A stretch of 64,000 bases of DNA from contig OZ219786.1 of the NCBI GenBank assembly GCA_964291285.2, forward strand, positions 1,344,001 to 1,408,000. Reading direction: 5' to 3'. This document shows, one piece after another, positions 45,905 through 54,965 of the stretch. The notes below the pieces were generated by a model, which was not told where the DNA came from, searched no databases, and worked only from the letters and a program-made list of their open reading frames with translations. The position numbers and the translations under genes are program-made. Every line of letters starts with the position of its first letter. The first letter of the stretch is position 1. The stretch is from Alphaproteobacteria bacterium (GTDB taxonomy: Bacteria; Pseudomonadota; Alphaproteobacteria; Bin95).

Positions 45905-47120
45905 CAGGGGAATCGCTTTTGAAGATTAGCTTTTAGGAGTTTGCGTTTTCGATTCACACTCCCGTTTTCGTTTCTGTTGAGTTGGGGTGTGAGATGGAGG
46001 AGTTTTCGTCAGTATTCGAAGGAGTTACGGATCCGCGTCGCAGCAATGCGACGCGCCACTCTCTGCACGAGATGCTTATGATCGCGCTGCTCTCGACCTT
46101 GTGCGGCGGGGAGGGATGCGCGGACATGGAGCGTTTCGGTCGGGCGAAGGAAGGGTTTCTGCGCCGTTTCATGGAGTTGAAGCACGGCATCCCGAGCCAC
46201 GATGCGTTTTCGGACCTGTTCAACGCCCTCGATCCCGACAGCCTGCAGAAAGTGCTGCTGCGGCTTCTGGAGGACTGGGCGGCGGTTCTGGACGGCGATG
46301 TGATCGCGATTGACGGCAAGTCGCTGCGGCGTTCCTTCGCCGATGCCGCGGCGCGCTCGCCGGTGCATCTGGTGCAGGCCTTCGCCGCCGGGACCCGCCT
46401 GATGCTCGGCCAGGTGAAGGTCGATGACAAGTCCAACGAGATTGCGGCGATGCCGAAGCTGCTGGAGATGCTGGCGCTCAAGGGCCGGATCGTGACGGCG
46501 GACGCGATGCATACCCAGCGGGCGACGGCCGAGGCCGTTACCGCCAAGGGCGGGGACCATGTGCTGGCGCTCAAGGGCAATCAGGGCAGCCTGTATGAGG
46601 ATGTGCGCCTGTATCTGGACGATCCCGCCCAGGCGGACAAACTCCAATCATGTCAGCATGTCGATGGCGATCACGGGCGCATCGAGACGCGCCGCGCCTC
46701 GGTCTGCCACGAGATTGCATGGCTGCGCGAGCGCCATGACTGGCCGGGGCTGGCCGCCATCGGCAAGATCCAGGCCAGGCGCGAAACCGCAAGGAGCACC
46801 AAAACCGAAACCCGCTACTACATCATGAGCGCGCCGCTCGCGCCCGAGCGCTTCCAGCACGCCGCGCGCGCCCATTGGACCATCGAAAACTGCCTGCACT
46901 GGGTGCTCGACGTGACCATGAACGAGGACCGACAGCGAAACCGCAAGGACCACGGACCCGAAAACCTCGCCCTGATCCGACGCCTCGCCCTCAACATCGC
47001 ACGCCGCGAACCCACAAAAGACGCCATGCGCGGAAAACTCAAGCGCGCCGCCTGGAACGACGACTTCCTCCTCAACTTGATCCGGGCCGCAGCATGACAG
47101 GCCCAAAAGCGATTGCCCTG
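45905..47120 (+). mobile_element. ISAs1-family insertion sequence (1216 bp)
   Basis: IRs CAGGGGAATCGCTTTTG / CAAAAGCGATTGCCCTG; 10-bp target duplication GAACTGCTGG (45895-45904, 47121-47130). Confidence 0.96.
45982..47097 (+). CDS. ISAs1-family transposase
   Basis: DPR, GIPSHD, IAIDGK, KSNEI, TADAMHTQ, LKGNQ, HGRIETR, HWTIENCLHWVLDV; start may be the ATG at 45993-45995 region. Confidence 0.95.
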   Translation: MGCEMEEFSSVFEGVTDPRRSNATRHSLHEMLMIALLSTLCGGEGCADMERFGRAKEGFLRRFMELKHGIPSHDAFSDLFNALDPDSLQKVLLRLLEDWAAVLDGDVIAIDGKSLRRSFADAAARSPVHLVQAFAAGTRLMLGQVKVDDKSNEIAAMPKLLEMLALKGRIVTADAMHTQRATAEAVTAKGGDHVLALKGNQGSLYEDVRLYLDDPAQADKLQSCQHVDGDHGRIETRRASVCHEIAWLRERHDWPGLAAIGKIQARRETARSTKTETRYYIMSAPLAPERFQHAARAHWTIENCLHWVLDVTMNEDRQRNRKDHGPENLALIRRLALNIARREPTKDAMRGKLKRAAWNDDFLLNLIRAAA

Positions 47121-48551
47121 GAACTGCTGGCAGGGGCCGGCGCCCTGTGCGCCGCACAACTGTTGTGCGGCCGCCTCGGAATATTCGACGGTCCGAACAT
47201 GGAGACGCCGGATGGATACCTGAATGCGGTCGACGTTGAGGAGCTTCCGTGTGGCGGGGCGGCGAACGACGCGCTCAGGGTCCGTCTTTTCCATTCCGAA
47301 GGCGAAAGCCGTTTTACCCACGTCCATCGTGTGATCGCGGAGTATCTCGGCGCCAAATGGCTCGCCCGGTCCTTCGAAGCCGGCGTCTCCGAACAGAGAA
47401 TATTCGCGTTGTTCCGCCAAGCCGAAAGGGTGCCGACCTCACTGCGCGGACTGCATGCATGGATGGCTCATTTCAGCGATGTGCTGGCCCGGCGCTGCAT
47501 CGAAGCCGATCCTTATGCCGTCCTACGGTACGGCGACGCCGAGACCCTGAGCCTCGACCAGGCGCGATCCCTGCTTTCCGCCCTGAAGAATCTGTCCGAA
47601 AATGACCCGTTTTTCCGGGCCGAGGACTGGGGCCGCCATCCCGTATCCGGTCTGCTACGTATCGAACTCGAGGACGACATTCGCGCCGTCATCGAGACGT
47701 CCCACAGCCACATACAGCTGGCGAGCCTGTTACTCGAAGCGATGGCTGGAAAGGATCTGGCGCATGCGCTTGCACCGACGCTGGAAGCTATCGTTTACGA
47801 CCGCAACCGATTTTACGATGCACGACATTCCGCCCTGCTGGCCTGGCGCGATGCCGATCCGCATCCTGGCCCCGAAGCAATCATTCGTCGCCTTCTGGAA
47901 CTCAAGGATCCCGGTTCTGCGCGGCTGGCCTTCGATCTTCTGCTTCTCATCGGCGTTCCAAATCTCTCCGTCGCCGCCGCCGCCGATACTGTGCTGGCGC
48001 ATCTGGGCTTCGCGGCAACGCCGGAAGAAGCATGGGAGTGCGTCGAGTCCCGATATGTTCCCGACTGCCTGTTCAGAGACATCGACGCGGTGACGCTTGG
48101 ACCATTGCTCGATCGCCTGGCCGACGGCGCACGAACATTGACACACGGTAACGACCGGGACCCGAAATCCGACCTTGCAGACCTTGTCAGGCGTCTGGTT
48201 GTCCAGTTCCTGTCATCCGGCGTTGCGGTCGAACCGGCCCGATTATGGTCTTGGATCGGTTGGCTCGATGGGCGCCACGGCTACAGCGACACGAAAAAGG
48301 GGCAGCTGGCTGCGATCCTTCGCGACAACCGTACGCTACGCGCTGCATTGGTCGAACACGTGCTGCTTTCTCCCGGCGTCGATGGTGTCTTGATGGCTGG
48401 CCTTCGTCTCGCCCGAATCAAAGCCGGTCTGTATCCGACAGTCGACGATCTGGCGGGCATATTGCGGGGTTTGCCTGATCGAGCGGCTGCCGGCCCGATC
48501 GACCCGAAAATCTATCACGACCTGCTCTTGCTGGGGAGTACCGAGGAAGGC

Positions 48552-50490
48552 GAGAAATTTGCGCTGTGGGGTTTTTCCGGTCGGATGGGACGTTGGGTCC
48601 GGGTGTTGATGTTGTTTGTTCCGGCGTTCGAGGCGGTCGCCGCGGTTGCTTTTCGAACTTGAGCGGCCCAGCCCGGCAGCATCGCCGGCCTTCGGTCGCG
48701 TTTGTCCGTATGCCGGGGTCCGGCGGGTTGGGTCAGCGTTGTCGGCAGTCGGCTGAGGGGTCAGCCGGTATCGAGGTATGGCGCCGGGCCGACCAGGGAG
48801 CGCATGCGTGCGACGCGTCCGGCGCGGGCCTGTGCAAGCGCCATGGCCATCATGACCGCCAGGGCCAGCCCGATGCGGGTCTTCATCTTCGCGCGTCCGC
48901 GGATGTAATGGGTCTCGAAGTTGAAGCTGCGGTCGAGGCGGGCGTTGATCCGCTCCATGGCGGTGCGCCGGTTGTATCCGCGCCGCCATGACGGGCTGCC
49001 CCAGGGCGTGGGCGTGAAGATACGCCGGTCATGGCTGTCGAGGTCGACGCGCAGGATGCGGCCGTATTCGCCGGACTTCACCCCACCCGCCCGATGGCAG
49101 GCCCGGCGTCCCTTGCACTCGAAGCCGAAGGCGGCTGCGGGGCAGCGGTATTTGAGCGTGCCGCAGACGCCGCGCCCGACCTCGAACCCCTGGAAGGCCA
49201 TGGCGCGGACCTCGCCGGTCTGCGGGCACACGCAGGACACCCGGCCGCGTTCGTCATGAACGATGACGTCGGCGCGCCCGGGGAACAGCGGTCGCGTGAT
49301 CGGCCGGGCCGGGTCATGGCCCGGCTCCTTCTTCTCGACCCGCCACATCAGGCGCGTGTCGATCAGCGGGCGGATATGCCACCTGTCCCACAGCCGCGCC
49401 TTCAGGCGGGCGTTGTCGAGACCGCGGTCGGCGCTGAAATCGGCGCAGCGCCCGGCCATCTCCGGCGCCTCGGCGAACAACTCCTCCAGCATCCCGGACA
49501 GCACCCCGGGTTCCGATGCCGACGCCCGCGTCACCTCGAAGGCCACAGGAACCTCGTGGTCCGTGTCGGCGATCAGGTGCAGCCCGTAGCCGAACCACGA
49601 CTTCACCTTCTTCCACACCGCGCCGGTCTTCGCGTTCACCCCGCCCGTCTCGTGCCTGCCCCAGTCCGCATCGGGGTCCGAGGTCTGCCCCCTGGCCCCG
49701 GCAACCCGGCCCGTCGAGTGGCTCGCCACCGCCTTGCCGTCGTAGCCGAGATGGCGACCGAAGTCCGGCAACTCCTCGAACAGCGAGGCGCGCAGACGCC
49801 CGATCATCCCCGACACAAGGCCGCGCTCGTCCTCAAGGCGCACCACGCGCCCCAGGAACCGCGAGAAGTTCCAGGCGCCCGGCACCGTCGAGCGCAACGG
49901 CGCCGGACGCCTCACCGCGCGCCCTGCGCAAAGCGCCACCACCGGCGCACCCTGCAAGGGCAGCGCCTCGAACCCGCAAATCTCAAGCAATGCCGGGTTG
50001 CGGCCCAGCTCACGCAGCAGCGACTGCATCGAGGCATGCTGGAACACGATCCCCGCGATCAGAGCCCGCCACATCGCCCGCACCGGGTAGTCGTTGCGAC
50101 CCCGGCCTCGACCCGCCTCAAGCGCCGCCACAACCTTCTCGTCGGGAAGCGTGTCGAGCACCACACGCAGACGCTCAAGGTCCGCAAGGCCCTCCACAGA
50201 CCACCACGAAAAGGCTAACTTCTCCGCTGTCGCCATCACGTTCTCCCAACCAGCGCCGGTGGATGGAACAAGGGCCGCAGGCCCGATGGCGACACCTTCT
50301 ACTCAGTCCCGCGCCTCAACGCGACGCGCCCGAAAACCAGCCCGCGCACGGCCATGGGGTGGAAATCCACAAAACCTTTCCCTCCAAACCGCAAAAACCC
50401 CGGAAATCAGCCATCCTGACGGGGTAAGAAAAATCCAGACCCTCCGCAATGCCTTGCTCAGAAAGCACTTCCAAACAGCGCACACGCCTC
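48552..50490 (-). mobile_element. Insertion sequence, copy 1 (1939 bp, IS1182/IS5-like DDE)
   Basis: Imperfect IRs GAGAAATTTGCGCTGT / ACAGCGCACACGCCTC; flanked by AAGGC (48547-48551, 50491-50495). Confidence 0.92.
48761..50239 (-). CDS. DDE transposase (IS1182/IS5-like)
   Basis: GRNDYPVRAMW, GYDGK, SDPDADWG, WFGYGLH, ADRGLD, YNRRTAMERINARL. Confidence 0.9.
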   Translation of the reverse strand: MMATAEKLAFSWWSVEGLADLERLRVVLDTLPDEKVVAALEAGRGRGRNDYPVRAMWRALIAGIVFQHASMQSLLRELGRNPALLEICGFEALPLQGAPVVALCAGRAVRRPAPLRSTVPGAWNFSRFLGRVVRLEDERGLVSGMIGRLRASLFEELPDFGRHLGYDGKAVASHSTGRVAGARGQTSDPDADWGRHETGGVNAKTGAVWKKVKSWFGYGLHLIADTDHEVPVAFEVTRASASEPGVLSGMLEELFAEAPEMAGRCADFSADRGLDNARLKARLWDRWHIRPLIDTRLMWRVEKKEPGHDPARPITRPLFPGRADVIVHDERGRVSCVCPQTGEVRAMAFQGFEVGRGVCGTLKYRCPAAAFGFECKGRRACHRAGGVKSGEYGRILRVDLDSHDRRIFTPTPWGSPSWRRGYNRRTAMERINARLDRSFNFETHYIRGRAKMKTRIGLALAVMMAMALAQARAGRVARMRSLVGPAPYLDTG

Positions 50491-50495
50491 AAGGC

Positions 50496-51568
50496 GAGAA
50501 ATTTGCGCTGTGGGGTTTTTCCGGTCGGATGGGACGTTGGGTCCGGGTGGTGATGTTGTTTGTTCCGGCGTTCGAGGCGGTCGCCGCGGTTGATTTTCGA
50601 ACTTGAGCGGCCCAGCCCGGCAGCATCGCCGGCCTTCGGTCGCGGGTGTCCGTATGCCGGGGTCCGGCGGGTTGGGTCAGCGTTGTCGGCAGTCGGCTGA
50701 GGGGTCAGCCGGTATCGAGGTATGGCGCCGGGCCGACCAGGGAGCGCATGCGTGCGACGCGTCCGGCGCGGGCCTGTGCAAGCGCCATGGCCATCATGAC
50801 CGCCAGGGCCAGCCCGATGCGGGTCTTCATCTTCGCGCGTCCGCGGATGTAATGGGTCTCGAAGTTGAAGCTGCGGTCGAGGCGGGCGTTGATCCGCTCC
50901 ATGGCGGTGCGCCGGTTGTATCCGCGCCGCCATGACGGGCTGCCCCAGGGCGTGGGCGTGAAGATACGCCGGTCATGGCTGTCGAGGTCGACGCGCAGGA
51001 TGCGGCCGTATTCGCCGGACTTCACCCCACCCGCCCGATGGCAGGCCCGGCGTCCCTTGCACTCGAAGCCGAAGGCGGCTGCGGGGCAGCGGTATTTGAG
51101 CGTGCCGCAGACGCCGCGCCCGACCTCGAACCCCTGGAAGGCCATGGCGCGGACCTCGCCGGTCTGCGGGCACACGCAGGACACCCGGCCGCGTTCGTCA
51201 TGAACGATGACGTCGGCGCGCCCGGGGAACAGCGGTCGCGTGATCGGCCGGGCCGGGTCATGGCCCGGCTCCTTCTTCTCCGCCCGCCACATCAGGCGCG
51301 TGTCGATCAGCGGGCGGATATGCCACCTGTCCCACAACCGCGCCTTCAGGCGGGCGTTGTCGAGACCGCGGTCGGCGCTGAAATCGGCGCAGCGCCCGGC
51401 CATCTCCGGCGCCTCGGCGAACAACTCCTCCAGCATCCCGGACAGCACCCCGGGTTCCGATGCCGACGCCCGCGTCACCTCGAAGGCCACAGGAACCTCG
51501 TGGTCCGTGTCGGCGATCAGGTGCAGCCCGTAGCCGAACCACGACTTCACCTTCTTCCACACCGCGCC
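50496..51568 (-). mobile_element. IS copy 2, left segment (transposase 3' half 50705-51562)
   Basis: Near-identical to 48552-49624; interrupted at ACACCGCGCC. Confidence 0.93.
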
Positions 51569-51687
51569 CGCACCGGTGGGTGCTAACTACCTGACATAGC
51601 GTCGTTTTTTCTCCCGAAATGTAGCGGTCGGGGAAGCGGGTCGCAAGGGCCCGTTCCCCGGCTGCAACCGGAGCCGGGAGAAACGCA

Positions 51688-52812
51688 ATGGCGAAGACTA
51701 CCCTCACCGAGGTCCGCGTGAAGGCGCTCAAGCCCCGCAGGTCCGTCCGCGAGGTCCGCGACGGCAGGCTCAGGGGGTTCGGCGTCCGTGTGTCGCCCTC
51801 GGGCCGCAAGCAGTTCTTCATCCACTGCCAGCATCGCGGCGTGCGCATCTGGAAGATCGTCGGCGACGCCGGGTCCATGAGCATCGGCGAGGCGCGGGCC
51901 GTGGCTGCGGACATGCTTGCCGCCATCAGGCGCGGCGGGGAGGCGCCGCCTGCGCCGGACGAGACGCTCTTCGAGGCCATCGCCGGGACGGTCTTCCGGC
52001 GGTATGAGCGCCTCTGGAAGGCCGGAACGCTCGCTGTCAACTGCAGCTATCTTCGCTGCCAGATCCTGCCGCATTTCGCGGGACGGCAGGTCGCGGACAT
52101 CGACCGGCAGGAGGTGCGCAACTGGTTCGCCCGTCTGCACGCGACGCCGGTGGCGGCGGACCGGTCCATGCCGGTGCTGTCCGTCATCATGAGGGAAGCG
52201 GAGGCCATGGGCCTGCGCCCGGAGGGTTCCAACCCCTGCCGGGGGATAAAGCGTTACCGCCGCAAGGGCCGCGAGCGGTTCCTCCCGGACGAGGAAATCC
52301 GCCGCCTGTCCGGGAGGCTCAAGGCGCATGAGGCCCGCTGGCCGCAGCATGTCGCCGTCATCCGCCTGCTGCTGCTGACCGGCTGCCGCAAGGGCGAGAT
52401 CCTCACCCTGCAATGGTCCGACTACCGGGAAGGCCGCCTGTTTCTCCGCGACTCCAAGACGGGCCCCCGGACGGTCTGGCTCTCCGAACCGGCCCGGGCG
52501 GTGCTTGATCGTCTCGAGCGGAAGGGGCGGTGGATATTCCCCGCATCTCGGGGCGACCGGCCCCGGAGCGGAAGCTGGCTGGACCACTTCTGGCGCAGGG
52601 TCCGCGCCGAGGCGGACCTGGAGGACGCCCGCCTTCACGATTTGCGTCATACGCATGCGAGCCTTGCCCTCCGGCAGGGCGTGACGGTGCTCGCCATCGG
52701 CCGGCTGCTGGGCCACCGCAGGCCGGAAACCACGCTGAAATATACCCATGTCGCCGACGCCATGGTGCAGGACGCAGCCGAGACGGTCGGCGCCGTGCTG
52801 GAGGCAGACTGA
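51688..52812 (+). CDS. Tyrosine recombinase A with arm-binding domain
   Basis: DGRLRGFGVRVSPSGRKQF; LTGCRKGE, DSKTG, HDLRH, LLGH, TLKY. Confidence 0.95.
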   Translation: MAKTTLTEVRVKALKPRRSVREVRDGRLRGFGVRVSPSGRKQFFIHCQHRGVRIWKIVGDAGSMSIGEARAVAADMLAAIRRGGEAPPAPDETLFEAIAGTVFRRYERLWKAGTLAVNCSYLRCQILPHFAGRQVADIDRQEVRNWFARLHATPVAADRSMPVLSVIMREAEAMGLRPEGSNPCRGIKRYRRKGRERFLPDEEIRRLSGRLKAHEARWPQHVAVIRLLLLTGCRKGEILTLQWSDYREGRLFLRDSKTGPRTVWLSEPARAVLDRLERKGRWIFPASRGDRPRSGSWLDHFWRRVRAEADLEDARLHDLRHTHASLALRQGVTVLAIGRLLGHRRPETTLKYTHVADAMVQDAAETVGAVLEAD

Positions 52813-53957
52813 TGGCGGGCCGGGAACGGATGAAATTCACCGACGCCGCCGTCGCCCGTCTCCGCCCCCGCGAGCGGGAATATACGGTCTGGGACACGCG
52901 CATCGCCGGCCTCGGCGTCCGGGTGCGGCCCACCGGCGGGCGCAGCTGGGTGCTGCTGCTCGACAGCGGCGGGCGCACCAGGCGCGTCTCGCTCGGCCCG
53001 GTTGGCGTGAAGAGCGCCGCCGAAGCCCGCCGGGAGGCTCTCGAGCGCCAGGCGGCCCCGCAGCCGGAGGAGACAGCCGCGCCGCCCGGCGCGGCCCCGC
53101 TGTTCCGGGATTTCGTCGCGGGTTCGTGGAAGCAGGCACACTTCGACCGCTACAAGCCGTCGGGCCAGCAAACCGCGTCCGGAATACTCCGGCGACAATT
53201 GCTTCCCGCATTCGGTCCGAAGCCGCTCGACCGCATTACGCCGGGCCATGTCCGGCAGTGGTTCGACCGCTACAGCCGGACCGCACCCGGCGGCGCCAAC
53301 CGCGCTTTCACCCTCCTTCACCAGATCATGAACTTCGCCCTCGCCTGCGGTCATGTCGAGGTCAATCCGGCCAGGCACATGAGAAGGAACCGCCGCCCGG
53401 CACTCACACGGTTCCTGTCCCGGGAGGAACTTGCCCGCCTTCATGCCGCCCTGAACGCGCAGACCCGGCAGGGTGCGCGGCGGCAGGCCGACATTATCCG
53501 CCTCCTGCTGCTGACCGGCTGCCGCAGAAGCGAGATCACGGGCCTCGGCTGGTCGGAAGTCCGCGAGGACGGGCTGGCGCTCACCGATGCCAAGACCGGA
53601 CCGAGAACGGTTCCACTCAACAGACAGGCCCGCGCTATCCTCTACCGGCAGACGCGCACGGGCAGCGCGTTCGTGTTTCCCTCGCCGCGCGACCCCGCCC
53701 GCCCGCGCAGCCCGGACCTGCCCCTCTGGTACCGCGTCAGACGCGAAGCCGGGATCGGGGATGTCCGCCTCCACGACCTGCGCCATACCATGGCCAGCCA
53801 TGCCGTCATGAACGGCGTGCCCGTCCCGGTGGTCTCCCGCCTGCTCGGACATTCCGATGTGCGCATGACGCTGCGCTACGCCCATATCGCCGACCGCGAC
53901 ATCGAGGCCGCCGCGGAACGCGTCGGGCAGGCCATGAACGCCGTGCTGGAGACCTGA
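52812..53957 (+). CDS. Tyrosine recombinase B with arm-binding domain
   Basis: TGATG overlap with recombinase A; WDTRIAGLGVRVRPTGG; LTGCRRSE, DAKTG, HDLRH, LLGH, TLRY. Confidence 0.95.
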   Translation: MAGRERMKFTDAAVARLRPREREYTVWDTRIAGLGVRVRPTGGRSWVLLLDSGGRTRRVSLGPVGVKSAAEARREALERQAAPQPEETAAPPGAAPLFRDFVAGSWKQAHFDRYKPSGQQTASGILRRQLLPAFGPKPLDRITPGHVRQWFDRYSRTAPGGANRAFTLLHQIMNFALACGHVEVNPARHMRRNRRPALTRFLSREELARLHAALNAQTRQGARRQADIIRLLLLTGCRRSEITGLGWSEVREDGLALTDAKTGPRTVPLNRQARAILYRQTRTGSAFVFPSPRDPARPRSPDLPLWYRVRREAGIGDVRLHDLRHTMASHAVMNGVPVPVVSRLLGHSDVRMTLRYAHIADRDIEAAAERVGQAMNAVLET

Positions 53958-53971
53958 CGCGCCACTACCGG

Positions 53972-54082
53972 GCGTTCTCCTGCCATCGCAGCGCGCCGTG
54001 CAACACGGGGCTGTCTCGGGAGCCGGACCCGGCCGGTGCACGCCCTCGAGGCCGAGGGAGAGCCCCGCGCCCAGATGGTGCG
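53972..54082 (-). repeat. Degenerate direct repeat of the autotransporter 3' end (54958-55070)
   Basis: Encodes HLGAGLSLGLEGVHRPGPAPE/DSPVLHGALRW versus RMGAGLSLGLEGAHRPGPAPEDSLMLRGALRW*; 1-nt deletion and TAG changed to CAG. Confidence 0.9.
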
Positions 54083-54124
54083 AATGGCGCGCAACGGCGC
54101 TCTCGATGTAGCAGTCCAGCAGAC

Positions 54125-54934
54125 TCAATTCCTGTTGAAGCCGAATTCCCCGCGCGATTGCAGAACCCGCTTCCAGTGCGTTTCGCGTTCGACAATCATG
54201 GCGTCGGCAATACGGGCGGTATGGCTTTCCAGAAGCAAAAACCGGAAATGCTTCCGGCAATGGTCCAGACCGCGATTCCCGAGCAATTCCTTCAGGTCGG
54301 CATTGTTGCCATGTCCGGTCGCGCTGTATTCGCGCCAACGAGACCAGACGCCGCCGTCGCCGTAGGCCGCCCCGACATACAGCCGCCCCGTTCCCGTATC
54401 GGTGATCAGATAAACGCCCTTTGCGTTCTCCAGGGCGCCGCGCCAATCGGGCCGGTCGTTGCGGATGAGCGATCCGAGCTCGCCGAAACCGATGTCGATC
54501 CGGTCATGGCCCGGAAAATCGATCCCGGAATACTCCTCCTTGAGAATTTCGCTTACCGTGAATTCGTCCAGGCGTTTCTCGAAATCCACGCGGGTTGCCC
54601 GTTGGCGCCAGGGAGAATGCAGTTTGAGGCGTCCGATGAAGCTGCGGCCCTGTTCGGTCAGGGATACGGCGTATCTGTCCGGCAGCCGCTCCACGACTTC
54701 CCACACACCGCCGAACAACCAGATGTCAGGCTCCCGATGGAAATCGATCACCGAGAAGATATACCGGCGGTTGAAATCGTTGTTTTTCGGTCGATGCTCC
54801 TGCCAGCCTTGCCATTCTTCCCGGCTGCGAACGAAAACGTCGAGCGGTTGATTGCGCTTGTTGTAGCGGGCGAAGTGCAGCTTGTAGAGAGCCGGCTCCC
54901 GTATCGGCCAAATGTCGGTGAGATGAATCACCAT
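54125..54934 (-). CDS. GIY-YIG nuclease family protein
   Basis: KGVYLITD...LYVGAAYG...SRW, ERETHWK, terminal N; lower GC than neighbours. Confidence 0.88.
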   Translation of the reverse strand: MVIHLTDIWPIREPALYKLHFARYNKRNQPLDVFVRSREEWQGWQEHRPKNNDFNRRYIFSVIDFHREPDIWLFGGVWEVVERLPDRYAVSLTEQGRSFIGRLKLHSPWRQRATRVDFEKRLDEFTVSEILKEEYSGIDFPGHDRIDIGFGELGSLIRNDRPDWRGALENAKGVYLITDTGTGRLYVGAAYGDGGVWSRWREYSATGHGNNADLKELLGNRGLDHCRKHFRFLLLESHTARIADAMIVERETHWKRVLQSRGEFGFNRN

Positions 54935-54965
54935 ACGCCCTCAGCCGAGCCGGGCCTGCGTTCTT

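Larger units (their letters stand above)
45196..48551 (+). pseudogene. NACHT/STAND-like NTPase, 5' part (split by ISAs1; continues at 63497)
   Basis: Walker A GDPGLGKT, Walker B IVVDGLDE, SCR, ENPLTL, HRVIAEYLGAKWL; frame restored on IS removal. Confidence 0.85.
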
